Shown one piece after another: positions 9,292-17,479 of a stretch of 64,000 bases of DNA. Numbering within the stretch: the stretch's first letter is position 1; every line of letters begins with the position of its first letter. The stretch lies in assembly GCA_007376185.1 (NCBI GenBank), contig VMFS01000007.1, positions 1,390 to 65,389 on the forward strand, written 5' to 3'. A program made the translations under genes and the position numbers. This DNA is from Parcubacteria group bacterium Gr01-1014_30 (GTDB lineage Bacteria > Patescibacteriota > Minisyncoccia > Minisyncoccales > 2-12-FULL-40-12). The notes under the pieces were generated by a model. That model worked only from the letters and a program-made list of their open reading frames with translations, was not told the origin of the DNA and did no database searches.

Positions 9292-9819
9292 ATGATTTAT
9301 TTAGCCGCAGACCACAGAGGGTTTGAGCTTAAAGAAAAAATAAAGGAGTGGCTTGAGGGTTGGGGTTATGAGGTCGCAGAAAGCAAGCTTTCTTCTCCCC
9401 CCGTCGCTGGCGCTCGGGAATACGAAGACATGGGCGCTTTTGAGTTAAATCCAACCGACGACTATGTTGACTTTGTTTCAAAAGCCGCCAAAAAGGTTTC
9501 TGAAGACCCAGAAAATTCAAAAGCCATAATTCTTGGGGCATCAGGACAGGGTGAAGCAATGCTGGCAAACAAGTTCAGGAGGGTAAGAGCCGTTGTTTAT
9601 TACGGAGGCGACGAAGAAATAATTTCTCTTTCCCGCGAGCATAACGACGCCAATGTTTTATCTCTGGGCGCGGCTTTGGGCCCGAAGTTTGAAGAGGCAA
9701 GAAAAATGCCGGAGGATTTGGCAAAACGCGTTGTGAAAACCTGGCTAGAAACTCCTTTTTCCGGAGCCGAGAGGCACAAAAGGCGTCTCCAAAAAATAAA
9801 AAAAATTGAAACCCCGTAA
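9292..9819 (+). CDS. rpiB: ribose-5-phosphate isomerase B
   Basis: IYLAADHRGFELKEKI, GQGEAMLANKFRRVRA and HNDANVLSLGA. Compared with E. coli RpiB it carries an extra segment of about 14 aa. Confidence 0.8.
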   Translation: MIYLAADHRGFELKEKIKEWLEGWGYEVAESKLSSPPVAGAREYEDMGAFELNPTDDYVDFVSKAAKKVSEDPENSKAIILGASGQGEAMLANKFRRVRAVVYYGGDEEIISLSREHNDANVLSLGAALGPKFEEARKMPEDLAKRVVKTWLETPFSGAERHKRRLQKIKKIETP

Positions 9820-9898
9820 TACAACTTCGACTCGCTTCGCGATTACAGGATTTTCTAAAAGAAAATCCTGTCGAAGATGATATACGGGGTGAAAAACA

Positions 9899-10054
9899 AT
9901 GGAGCAAAAAAGTATAGAAAAAAAAGAATTGTACCGCTGTCCAGAGTGCGGCTTTGAGTACAGAGAAAAAGAATGGGCTGAGAAATGCGAGGCCTGGTGT
10001 AGAGAGCATAAGAGTTGTAACCTGGAAATAATTCAGCACGCCGTCCAAAAGTAA
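9899..10054 (+). CDS. small CPxCG zinc-ribbon protein
   Basis: 51-aa ORF not in the track: MEQKSIEKKELYRCPECGFEYREKEWAEKCEAWCREHKSCNLEIIQHAVQK. Cys-rich; lies upstream of the metal-ATPase locus. Confidence 0.45.
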   Translation: MEQKSIEKKELYRCPECGFEYREKEWAEKCEAWCREHKSCNLEIIQHAVQK

Positions 10055-10064
10055 GTTTAAGAAA

Positions 10065-10541
10065 ATGAGGCGCTTACTTTCCGGAATAATTGCTATGGCG
10101 GCGGCAGTCGTTATTGTGTTTTCGGTTTTGTACTTTCCAAAAACTTTTTTTTACAGGTCTGTCCCAAAAGCGGAAACACCAGAAAAACCTTCTTACTCTT
10201 TTTTGCTTGCCGACACTCCTGAAAAAAGAATACAAGGCCTTTCCGGAATGGTTTCTTTGCCTCCTAACACGGTTTTACTTTTTTCTTACGACAACAATGA
10301 CAGCTGTGGCATTTGGATGAAAGGTATGAAGTTTTCAATTGACGTGGTGTGGCTGGACAGCAATTTCAGGATAATTGATTTCAAAGAAGGCCTTTCTCTT
10401 TTAAGCTATCCTGGTGTGTTTTCTCCGGTTTCGCCTTGCCGCTATTTTGTTGAGGCACAAGAAGGCTTTATAAAAGCCAACAACATCAGAATCGGCGACA
10501 AGGTATCCATAAACTTTGCCGACTTTCTGCTTAACTTTTGA
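10065..10541 (+). CDS. DUF192-like protein with N-terminal membrane anchor
   Basis: TM segment followed by GLSGM...LLF...WMKGMKFSIDVVWLD, the typical DUF192 pattern. Confidence 0.6.
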   Translation: MRRLLSGIIAMAAAVVIVFSVLYFPKTFFYRSVPKAETPEKPSYSFLLADTPEKRIQGLSGMVSLPPNTVLLFSYDNNDSCGIWMKGMKFSIDVVWLDSNFRIIDFKEGLSLLSYPGVFSPVSPCRYFVEAQEGFIKANNIRIGDKVSINFADFLLNF

Positions 10542-10615
10542 AGTATTTATTTACGGATTTTTGAATGGAGCTAGAATAGACGTGCAAAGGTCAGTGAATA
10601 TTTAACCATGGTTGT

Positions 10616-12784
10616 ATGGCTTATCGTTGGGATTCTGGCGGCGGTATGGTTATGGAAACAAATTCAAAAGAAGTAAAAACATTTTATACCTGCCCAATGC
10701 ATCCCGAAGTCAGGCAGGATATGCCCGGGATGTGCCCTGAGTGCGGAATGCAGCTTGTTAAAATTCGAAATTCGACCACAGCCCATTTCCAATGGGCTGG
10801 GTCGCCCAGCCCTTTAGTAAGGGCTGTGGCGAAATTCGAAATTCGAAATTCCGCGCACGGCGCGGATAAACATGAGGGGCATAAAGCAGAAAGTTTTCTC
10901 AAAAAGTTCTGGGTGAGTTTAGTTTTAACAATTCCAATTGTGGCGTACTCTGAACTGCCGAAGTTGTTTTTCGGCTGGCAAGCGCCTGCTTTTTCCGGCT
11001 CTGAATATCTCCAGCTGATATTTGGTTCAATAGTATTTTTTTACGGCGGCTGGGTGTTTTTGGCTGGAGCTTTGAGAGAACTCCTGGCCAAACTCCCCGG
11101 CATGATGACACTCATTGGTTTAGCCACGACAGCGGCTTATCTGTGGAGCGTTTATGCTGTGTTCGTCGAGCAAGAACCGCTTTTTTGGGAGTTGGCAACT
11201 TTGATTACTGTAATGCTTTTGGGCCACTGGTTTGAGATGAGAGCAGTTCAAGGAGCAAGAGGGGCGTTACGAGAATTAGCAAAGTTGCTGCCAGATGAAG
11301 CTGAAGTAATATTTGAGGGTAAAACAAGAGCTGTACCTATTTCAGAGCTGAAAGTAGGCGACATAGTTTTGATAAAGCCCGGCGCAAAGGTTCCTGCTGA
11401 CGGCAAAGTTATTGAAGGGGAGTCAGACCTTAACGAATCAATCGTAACAGGGGAGTCAAAGCTTGTGCCCAAAAAGTTCTCCGAGGAGGTGATTGCAGGC
11501 AGCATTAACGGCGATGGAAGCTTGAAGGTTGAGGTGACCAAAATAGGCGAGGATACCTTTTTGGCGGGCGTGGCAAGATTGGTGGTTCAAGCGCAGGCGT
11601 CAAAGTCGCGACTGCAGTTGTTGTCTGACAAAGCGGCTTTGTATTTAACTATTATTGCGGTGGTTTCAGGCAGTATTACTTTGGTTGCGTGGCTTCTTTC
11701 CGGTTCTGAAATATCTTTTGCCGTTGCGCGTTTGGTTGCTGTTTTGGTGATTGCCTGCCCTCATGCTTTAGGCCTTGCAGTGCCTCTGGTTGCTTCAATT
11801 TCAACAAATATGGCGGCTTCTTCGGGCTTTTTGGTGAAGCAGCGTCTGGCGCTGGAGGCAGCAAGAAATGTGGACATAGTTCTTTTTGACAAAACCGGCA
11901 CTCTTACTAGGGGAGAGTTTAGCGTTGTCGGGGATTTGGATTCTGAAGTTTTACGTTTGGCCGCCGCCGTGGAAACGCAATCAGAACACCCAATTGCCAG
12001 AGCCATTGTGCAAGAAGCGCGCGAAAAAAAAGTTGCGCTCCCAGAGGTTAAAAACTTCAAAAGAATCCCCGGCGTTGGGGCTGAAGGTCTGGTTCAAGGC
12101 AAGCGCGTTTTTGTTGGGCACAAGGGCGGCGAAATTTTGTTGGAAGTGGACGACAAGGAAATAGGCGCAATCTCTGTTGCCGACGCAGTTAGACCCGAGT
12201 CAAAAGAAGCCGTGGCGGCCTTGCACGAGCAGGGATTAAAGGTTGCCATGATTACGGGCGACTCAAAAGAAGTTGCCAGCCAAGTTGCCAAAGAGCTTGG
12301 AATAGATGTTTATTTTGCTCGTGTGTTGCCGCAAGATAAATCATCTATCGTTAAAAAATTGCAAGAAGGGGATATTGAAGGTTTTGAAAATTGGAAATTG
12401 GAAATTGGAAATTCCAGCCGAAGGCTGGTTGTGGCAATGGTTGGCGACGGAGTCAATGATGCTCCGGCTTTAATGCAAGCAGACATTGGTATTGCGGTGG
12501 GAGCTGGCACCAACGTTGCCATTGAGTCTTCGGGCATTATTCTGGTTAGAAACGACCCGCGCGATATCCCCAAGATTATCCGTTTATCCAAGCTGACTTT
12601 TAACAAAATGCTGCAAAATCTTTTTTGGGCCACAATCTACAACATAGCGGCCCTGCCTCTGGCCGCAGGTGTCCTTTATTCCCGCGGCATTTTAATTGAA
12701 CCCGCCTTTGCAGCCGTGTTTATGTCGGCTTCAACCGTTATTGTGGCGATAAACGCCTTGCTGTTGCGAAGAGCGAAGTTGTAG
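10616..12784 (+). CDS. copA: heavy-metal (Cu-type) P1B ATPase with CPH motif
   Basis: N-terminal YTCPMHPE...MCPECGM metal-binding ribbon, TGES, CPH transmembrane motif (IACPHALGLAVP), DKTGTLT and GDGVNDAPAL. The start may be 10646 (MVMETN). Confidence 0.9.
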   Translation: MAYRWDSGGGMVMETNSKEVKTFYTCPMHPEVRQDMPGMCPECGMQLVKIRNSTTAHFQWAGSPSPLVRAVAKFEIRNSAHGADKHEGHKAESFLKKFWVSLVLTIPIVAYSELPKLFFGWQAPAFSGSEYLQLIFGSIVFFYGGWVFLAGALRELLAKLPGMMTLIGLATTAAYLWSVYAVFVEQEPLFWELATLITVMLLGHWFEMRAVQGARGALRELAKLLPDEAEVIFEGKTRAVPISELKVGDIVLIKPGAKVPADGKVIEGESDLNESIVTGESKLVPKKFSEEVIAGSINGDGSLKVEVTKIGEDTFLAGVARLVVQAQASKSRLQLLSDKAALYLTIIAVVSGSITLVAWLLSGSEISFAVARLVAVLVIACPHALGLAVPLVASISTNMAASSGFLVKQRLALEAARNVDIVLFDKTGTLTRGEFSVVGDLDSEVLRLAAAVETQSEHPIARAIVQEAREKKVALPEVKNFKRIPGVGAEGLVQGKRVFVGHKGGEILLEVDDKEIGAISVADAVRPESKEAVAALHEQGLKVAMITGDSKEVASQVAKELGIDVYFARVLPQDKSSIVKKLQEGDIEGFENWKLEIGNSSRRLVVAMVGDGVNDAPALMQADIGIAVGAGTNVAIESSGIILVRNDPRDIPKIIRLSKLTFNKMLQNLFWATIYNIAALPLAAGVLYSRGILIEPAFAAVFMSASTVIVAINALLLRRAKL
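10761..10850. repeat. in-frame palindromic insertion inside copA (90 nt)
   Basis: gaaattc heptamer copies flank ccacagccc...gggctgtgg. Two inner hairpins (cccatt-tcc-aatggg and ctggg-tcg-cccag). Encodes STTAHFQWAGSPSPLVRAVAKFEIRNS. Confidence 0.6.
12370..12428. repeat. in-frame low-complexity/hairpin insertion inside copA
   Basis: ggaaatt x3 followed by the hairpin ccagcc-gaa-ggctgg. Encodes DIEGFENWKLEIGNSSRRL just before the VAMVGDG motif, where E. coli CopA has no such segment. Confidence 0.55.
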
Positions 12785-12844
12785 AAGAGGGCTTGCCCTT
12801 GTTTGAGGGCTTGACTTCATTTTATGCTTAAATTAAGGTAAAAT

Positions 12845-13029
12845 AAGCGTAGACGGAGAAAGGTCGATTAAAGCGACCCCACATCGGAAGGGGGTCGGGG
12901 AAACCATCCGGTTTCCCCGTGTAGGAAAACAGGTCGCAAAGCGACCGTTAGAAACCGAGGGTTTCTAAAGAGCGAGCCCGAGCGTAGCGAAGCGAGCGAG
13001 GGCGAGCGACCTGATTTAGTATTACCACT
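12845..13029 (+). ncRNA. candidate structured 5' leader RNA, copy 1 (unknown class)
   Basis: About 185 nt between a taaaat -10-like box and the downstream ATG. Homologous to 53568-53776, with a conserved core and a differing central hairpin. Confidence 0.45.
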
Positions 13030-13188
13030 ATGCCTCAAGGTTACTGTGTAAGATGCAAAGCAAAAAGAGAAATGAAAAACGCCAAAGAGATTACCATGAA
13101 AGGAAAGGGCGGCACAACGAGAGCCGCTATGACTGGCGTTTGTGAAAAGTGCGGAACAAAAATGTACAGAATTTTGGGCAAAAAGTAG
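13030..13188 (+). CDS. small zinc-ribbon protein (DUF5679-like)
   Basis: 52-aa ORF not in the track: MPQGYCVRCKAKREMKNAKEITMKGKGGTTRAAMTGVCEKCGTKMYRILGKK (CxxC...CxxC). Confidence 0.55.
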   Translation: MPQGYCVRCKAKREMKNAKEITMKGKGGTTRAAMTGVCEKCGTKMYRILGKK

Positions 13189-13206
13189 ATTTTTAAGCCC
13201 ACATTA

Positions 13207-13285
13207 GCCCCGCCCTCTATACTGTCTGACAATATCTGTAGAGTACTACAACGGCTTAGAGGGCGGGGTTTTGCTTTCTTTTCGC
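13207..13285 (+). terminator. probable terminator (long hairpin plus T-rich tail)
   Basis: ccccgccctcta (13208-13219) pairs perfectly with tagagggcgggg (13257-13268). It is followed by ttttgctttcttttc. Confidence 0.45.
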
Positions 13286-13310
13286 CTTCTAATAAGTTAC
13301 AATTCTGAAT

Positions 13311-13910
13311 ATGGATTACGAAAAAGAAATTGCTCGAGCCCTGTTGCGTATTGGCGCAGTGAAGTTTTGCGTTGAAGAACCAGTTACTTTTGTGTCGGGA
13401 ATAAGGTCGCCGGTTTATTGCGACAACCGCAAATTTCCTTTTCACCCGAAAGAGTGGCATATTCTTATTGACGCCTTCGCGCAAAAGATAAAACAGGAGA
13501 AAGTTTTGTTTGACGTTGTTGCCGGCGTTGAGACATCGGGTATCCCACATTCCTCGGCCCTTGCTTACCTGTTGCAAAAGCCGTCCGTCTTTATAAGAAA
13601 GAAAGCTAAAGAGCACGGCACAAAGAGCAGGATTGAAGGAGGCGATGTGAAAGACAAAACAGTTTTGCTCTTGGAGGACTTGGTAACCACGGGAGCGAGC
13701 AGTTTGGCCGTGGTGCAAGCTCTGCGCGAGGCAGGCGCCAGGGTAAATGACTGCGCAGTAATTGTTACTTATGGATTTGAAGAGGCAAAAAAGGCCTTTG
13801 AATCATCAAAAGTCAACCTTCACGTTTTAACGTCGTTCCCTACAATTTTGCGAGAGGCAAAAATGGTCAGGCAGATGAGCCAAAAGGAAAAAAATTCCGT
13901 GGAAAGCTAG
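13311..13910 (+). CDS. pyrE: orotate phosphoribosyltransferase
   Basis: PRPP-binding loop VLLLEDLVTTGASS, and SGIRSPVYCDNR. Confidence 0.85.
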   Translation: MDYEKEIARALLRIGAVKFCVEEPVTFVSGIRSPVYCDNRKFPFHPKEWHILIDAFAQKIKQEKVLFDVVAGVETSGIPHSSALAYLLQKPSVFIRKKAKEHGTKSRIEGGDVKDKTVLLLEDLVTTGASSLAVVQALREAGARVNDCAVIVTYGFEEAKKAFESSKVNLHVLTSFPTILREAKMVRQMSQKEKNSVES

Positions 13911-13927
13911 CTTAAAAATCCTCGTGA

Positions 13928-14770
13928 GTGGCACGTATGAGTGGCGCCGTTGAGAAATACGACAAAAGGGCTGAAAAAGTTGACTCGCTTGTGTGCGTGG
14001 GGCTTGATTCTGATTTTGACAAGCTTCCGCAACGTTTCAAAAAAGAAGCGGCTCCCCAGTTTGAGTTCAACAAATGGATTATTGACCAAACCCACGAGTT
14101 TGTTTCGGCTTACAAGCCGAACATAGCTTTTTACGAGGCAAGAGGCGATAGGGGTTTGCGAGAGCTGAAAATTACCATGGAGTATCTTAAAGAGCGCTAC
14201 GCCGACATTTTTACCGTCTGCGACGCCAAGAGAGCTGAAGTAAGAAACACGAGCTTGCAGTACGTTAAAGAAATATTTGACTGGTTTGGTTTTGACGCCG
14301 TCACTTTGAATCCGTATCTTGGCAGAGACGCTTTGCAGCCATTCCTTGATTATAAAGACAAGGCCTGCATTATTTTGTGCAAAACGTCAAACCCGGGCGG
14401 TGGAGAGTTTCAAGATTTACTCATTGATGGAAAACCACTTTGGCAGGTGGTGGCGGAAAAAGTAGTTGCGGAGTGGAACGAGAACAAAAACTGCATGCTG
14501 GTTGCAGGAGCCACATATTCGGAAGAGCTAAAAAAAATTCGCCAGATTGCTGGCGATATGACGTTGCTTGTGCCGGGCATTGGAGCTCAAAGCGGAGATT
14601 TGAAATCGGTTGTGCAGGCAGGACTTAATTCGCAAGGCCAAGGCCTGATTCTAAACTCTTCGCGCGGTATTATATTTTCTGAAAACCCCAAAGAGGCCGC
14701 GCGTTCCCTTCGTGACGCAGTCAACTCATTTCGCAAGGGAGGTAGTAGAAGTTCGGCATTTTTCAAATAG
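13928..14770 (+). CDS. pyrF: orotidine-5'-phosphate decarboxylase (type 2)
   Basis: LVCVGLDSD, DAKRAEV, and VPGIGAQSGD near the C-terminus. Confidence 0.85.
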   Translation: MARMSGAVEKYDKRAEKVDSLVCVGLDSDFDKLPQRFKKEAAPQFEFNKWIIDQTHEFVSAYKPNIAFYEARGDRGLRELKITMEYLKERYADIFTVCDAKRAEVRNTSLQYVKEIFDWFGFDAVTLNPYLGRDALQPFLDYKDKACIILCKTSNPGGGEFQDLLIDGKPLWQVVAEKVVAEWNENKNCMLVAGATYSEELKKIRQIAGDMTLLVPGIGAQSGDLKSVVQAGLNSQGQGLILNSSRGIIFSENPKEAARSLRDAVNSFRKGGSRSSAFFK

Positions 14771-14795
14771 TTGCGCGAAGCGAGCCGAACTTTCA

Positions 14796-15677
14796 CTACC
14801 TTCCAAGTAGCGCTTTGGCTAAAAGAGGTGCAACGTCAACGTTCGCCGCTTTTTGATTTAGTGTGTTGACAAGATACAGTTTGGCGTAGAATTTTTCGAC
14901 GCGCTGAATTCCTTTTTGCAAGACGCCGTGAGTAATGAGCGCCAGGCATTTTTTGGCCCCTGCTTTTTGGCATGCCTCGTGAAATTTAACCAACGTGCCT
15001 CCGGTTTCCAGGATATCGTCGGCTACGGCCACTACTTTGCCGCGCAAGAATTTTTTTGCCTTCAACGAGCTTTTGAGGCGCACGTCGTAAGAACTGCGTC
15101 TTTGTTTTTTCAATCCTTTGACTATTTTAACTCCGCTTCTCCTTTTTGCGCCTTTGTCGGGCGAAACAAGAAGAATATCTTTTCCAAAGTCCTTTTTTGC
15201 CGCCTCCAAAAGCAGAGGCAAGGCCGAAACCCTTTTGATAGGATATTTTTTCACCCAGGCCCTTCCCCAAAAATGAGGGTCAACAACGGTGATGCGTTTA
15301 ACTCCGTAGTAAGAAACCAGTTTGTCGGTCAGGTTCTCTGCCACATTCGTTTCGCCTTTGTCAAAGACCTTGTCCTGCATTCCATAGGGGAAATAGGTAA
15401 AAAAAACTTCAACGGGGCGGGCGTCTGCGTCTTTGAGAATTTGCAAAATAAGCTCAAGCTCCACTAAGCCGTCTTGGGGTTCGGGCGCGCCCGAGTGCAA
15501 AACAACAACTCTTTTCCCCTTTAGCTTGCGGTACTCTTCTATTTTTACGTAAAGCTCCTTGTCCGGAAAATAGCGTTTTTGGTCGCGGTTTAGCCCCGGC
15601 AAAACCAACTTAAAACCCGAAAACTTTGCCAATTTCTTGGCAAGATGCATAGCTTGAGTAGTAGGGATGAGAAACAT
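14796..15677 (-). CDS. prs: ribose-phosphate pyrophosphokinase
   Basis: The track ORF is 14796-15890; the likely start is ATG at 15677 (MFLIPTTQAM). VVLHSGAPEP and the PRPP loop VVAVADDILETGGTL. Confidence 0.8.
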   Translation of the reverse strand: MFLIPTTQAMHLAKKLAKFSGFKLVLPGLNRDQKRYFPDKELYVKIEEYRKLKGKRVVVLHSGAPEPQDGLVELELILQILKDADARPVEVFFTYFPYGMQDKVFDKGETNVAENLTDKLVSYYGVKRITVVDPHFWGRAWVKKYPIKRVSALPLLLEAAKKDFGKDILLVSPDKGAKRRSGVKIVKGLKKQRRSSYDVRLKSSLKAKKFLRGKVVAVADDILETGGTLVKFHEACQKAGAKKCLALITHGVLQKGIQRVEKFYAKLYLVNTLNQKAANVDVAPLLAKALLGR

Positions 15678-15721
15678 TGAGTGTTGCCTTATTTTATGAT
15701 AAAAAATGAGAATATACAACC

Positions 15722-16792
15722 ATGTTGCTGGAGCCATTTTTTGACCCGCTAAAGTCATACGAGGAAAACTGGGAAAAAGGTCCTTTTGGCGCTTTTGCCG
15801 ACGGAGAGGTTTTTGCGCCAGAAGGCGCGCCACATTTTGAAATTTTCGGCCGCAAAATACATACGCCCATCGGCATTCCGGCAGGGCCATTGCTCAACGC
15901 TAGGTTTATCAAGGCCGCCTTAGACAAAGGTTTTGATATGCCTATGCAAAAAACCCTCAGAACCAGAGCCAAAAAAGCGCATCCCTGGCCTAATGTTCTG
16001 CCGGTTTGCGTTGACGGGGATTTGACTTTGGAAAAAGCGGCGGGCCAATTGACGTTTAACAAGAGCTTTGCCGAACCCCTTTCAGTCACCAATTCTTTCG
16101 GCAACCCGTCTTACTCTCCCGACTTATGGCAGCCAGATTTGAAAGACGCGGTTGCTTGGGCCAAAGAAGGGCAGATGGTTGTGGCAAGCTGGGAAGGAAC
16201 TGACTGGGACAACAAAGGCGAGGCCGCTCTTATTGAGGACTGGAAGCTTGGCGCGCGGCTCTTGAAAGAAACAGGCGTGGGTATGATGGAAATGAATTTT
16301 AGCTGTCCCAACAAAGGCACCAGTAATTTGCTTTGCTATGACGTTGAAATGAGCCGCAAGATAGCCGAAGCCGTCAAACCGGAAACAAGCGGAATTCCTT
16401 TGGCCATAAAAATATCTTTTATGTCCGAGGATTACCTGCCGGAGTTTATTAAGGCGTTATCAGGCGTGGTTGACGCTTTTTCGGCAATCAACACTATTGC
16501 TGCAGAGGTTGTTGACGAGAATGGAAATCAGGCCCTGCCGGGGCAAGGCCGTTTGAGAAGCGGCATTTGCGGCTCATGCATAAAATGGGCTGGCCTTGAT
16601 ATGACAAAGCGTTTAAAAGAGTTAAGAGACGAGCTCGGAGCCAAATACACGATAATAAGTATGGGCGGAGTTATGACACCGGAGGACTACCAAGAGTACA
16701 GATCAGCCGGCGCCGACGTCGTGATGTCAGCCACCGGAGCAATGTGGAATCCTTACCTTGCTCAAGAGATTAAGCAGGCCGAGGTTGTGTAG
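15722..16792 (+). CDS. pyrD: dihydroorotate dehydrogenase-like flavoenzyme
   Basis: GIPAGPL, MEMNFSCPN and GGVMTPEDY. Clustered with pyrE/pyrF/prs. Confidence 0.7.
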   Translation: MLLEPFFDPLKSYEENWEKGPFGAFADGEVFAPEGAPHFEIFGRKIHTPIGIPAGPLLNARFIKAALDKGFDMPMQKTLRTRAKKAHPWPNVLPVCVDGDLTLEKAAGQLTFNKSFAEPLSVTNSFGNPSYSPDLWQPDLKDAVAWAKEGQMVVASWEGTDWDNKGEAALIEDWKLGARLLKETGVGMMEMNFSCPNKGTSNLLCYDVEMSRKIAEAVKPETSGIPLAIKISFMSEDYLPEFIKALSGVVDAFSAINTIAAEVVDENGNQALPGQGRLRSGICGSCIKWAGLDMTKRLKELRDELGAKYTIISMGGVMTPEDYQEYRSAGADVVMSATGAMWNPYLAQEIKQAEVV

Positions 16793-16819
16793 TTTCCCTC
16801 ATTTTGCTATAATTGAAAT

Positions 16820-17056
16820 ATGACTACTCAGACGGCAGAGAAAATTCAGAAAGCTCGCAGAGATATTGCCCGAGTTCTTGAGCGTTACCGCGTAACTCTT
16901 CCTGAAGTTATTGGTTCTGCTCGTTACTACGACGAAAAAGAAGACGAACGCTTTTGGCGTGAAATAGCGCCAACATATCGTAAGGTAAGAAAAGAAGTAT
17001 TCGCGGAGTTTTACCCTGACTTGGCAAAGAAAAATCGGAAAGGAAAAAACAAGTAG
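16820..17056 (+). CDS. putative antitoxin (MTTQ-type N-terminus)
   Basis: 78-aa ORF 3 nt upstream of the PIN gene. The N-terminus and promoter (ttttgctataat) are homologous to those of ORFs 30868 and 58335. Confidence 0.4.
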   Translation: MTTQTAEKIQKARRDIARVLERYRVTLPEVIGSARYYDEKEDERFWREIAPTYRKVRKEVFAEFYPDLAKKNRKGKNK

Positions 17057-17059
17057 GTC

Positions 17060-17479
17060 ATGCGGGTATTTCTTGATACCAGCTGTATCATTGCCGCCGT
17101 ACTCTCGCAAACTGGCGGTTCATTTCGTATCGTAAGCGAAGCCGAAGTTCGAGGCATTACCATTATCGTTTCAAGATACGTTATTCGTGAGGCAGAAAAG
17201 AACATTCTCTTAAAATATCCGGAGTGCGCAGAATCGTTATTGAATATTGCGTCGTCATTTACATTTGTAAGAGATCCCTCATTGCGTGATGTAAAACGTC
17301 TCAGTGAAGTTGTAGATAAAGACGATGCGCCTGTGCTCGGCGCCGCTCTTTTGTCGCGCGCGGACGCGCTTTTGACGCTTGATCACAGGGATTTCATTCA
17401 GAATATAAAAGTCCAAAAGTCATTCCCGTTACTTAAAATAATGACGCCGGGAGAATTTATCAAAGAATATTTTGTATGA
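17060..17479 (+). CDS. PIN-domain toxin
   Basis: MRVFLDTSCIIAAV N-terminal acidic motif, DAPVLGAAL and LLTLDHRDF. The stop overlaps the start of the Cys-rich paralog (ATGA). Confidence 0.7.
   Translation: MRVFLDTSCIIAAVLSQTGGSFRIVSEAEVRGITIIVSRYVIREAEKNILLKYPECAESLLNIASSFTFVRDPSLRDVKRLSEVVDKDDAPVLGAALLSRADALLTLDHRDFIQNIKVQKSFPLLKIMTPGEFIKEYFV

Noticed and set aside
10761-12428. The heptamer arrays (gaaattc, ggaaatt, tttcgta) might be a CRISPR array or other spaced repeat array.
   Set aside because: The units are only 7 nt, directly tandem or separated by a single hairpin. There is no regular repeat-spacer periodicity and no cas genes.
13041-13718. Long minus-strand ORF (225 aa). Similar antisense ORFs occur at 7304-7804, 7847-8329, 8517-9146, 9575-10048, 14916-15467, 36721-37161, 56281-56733 and elsewhere.
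   Set aside because: Each lies antisense to, or nested within, a gene with clear family motifs (pyrE, deoC, gnd, rpiB, prs, ATP-grasp, paralog 4). Their translations are low-complexity with no motifs, so I treat them as shadow ORFs.
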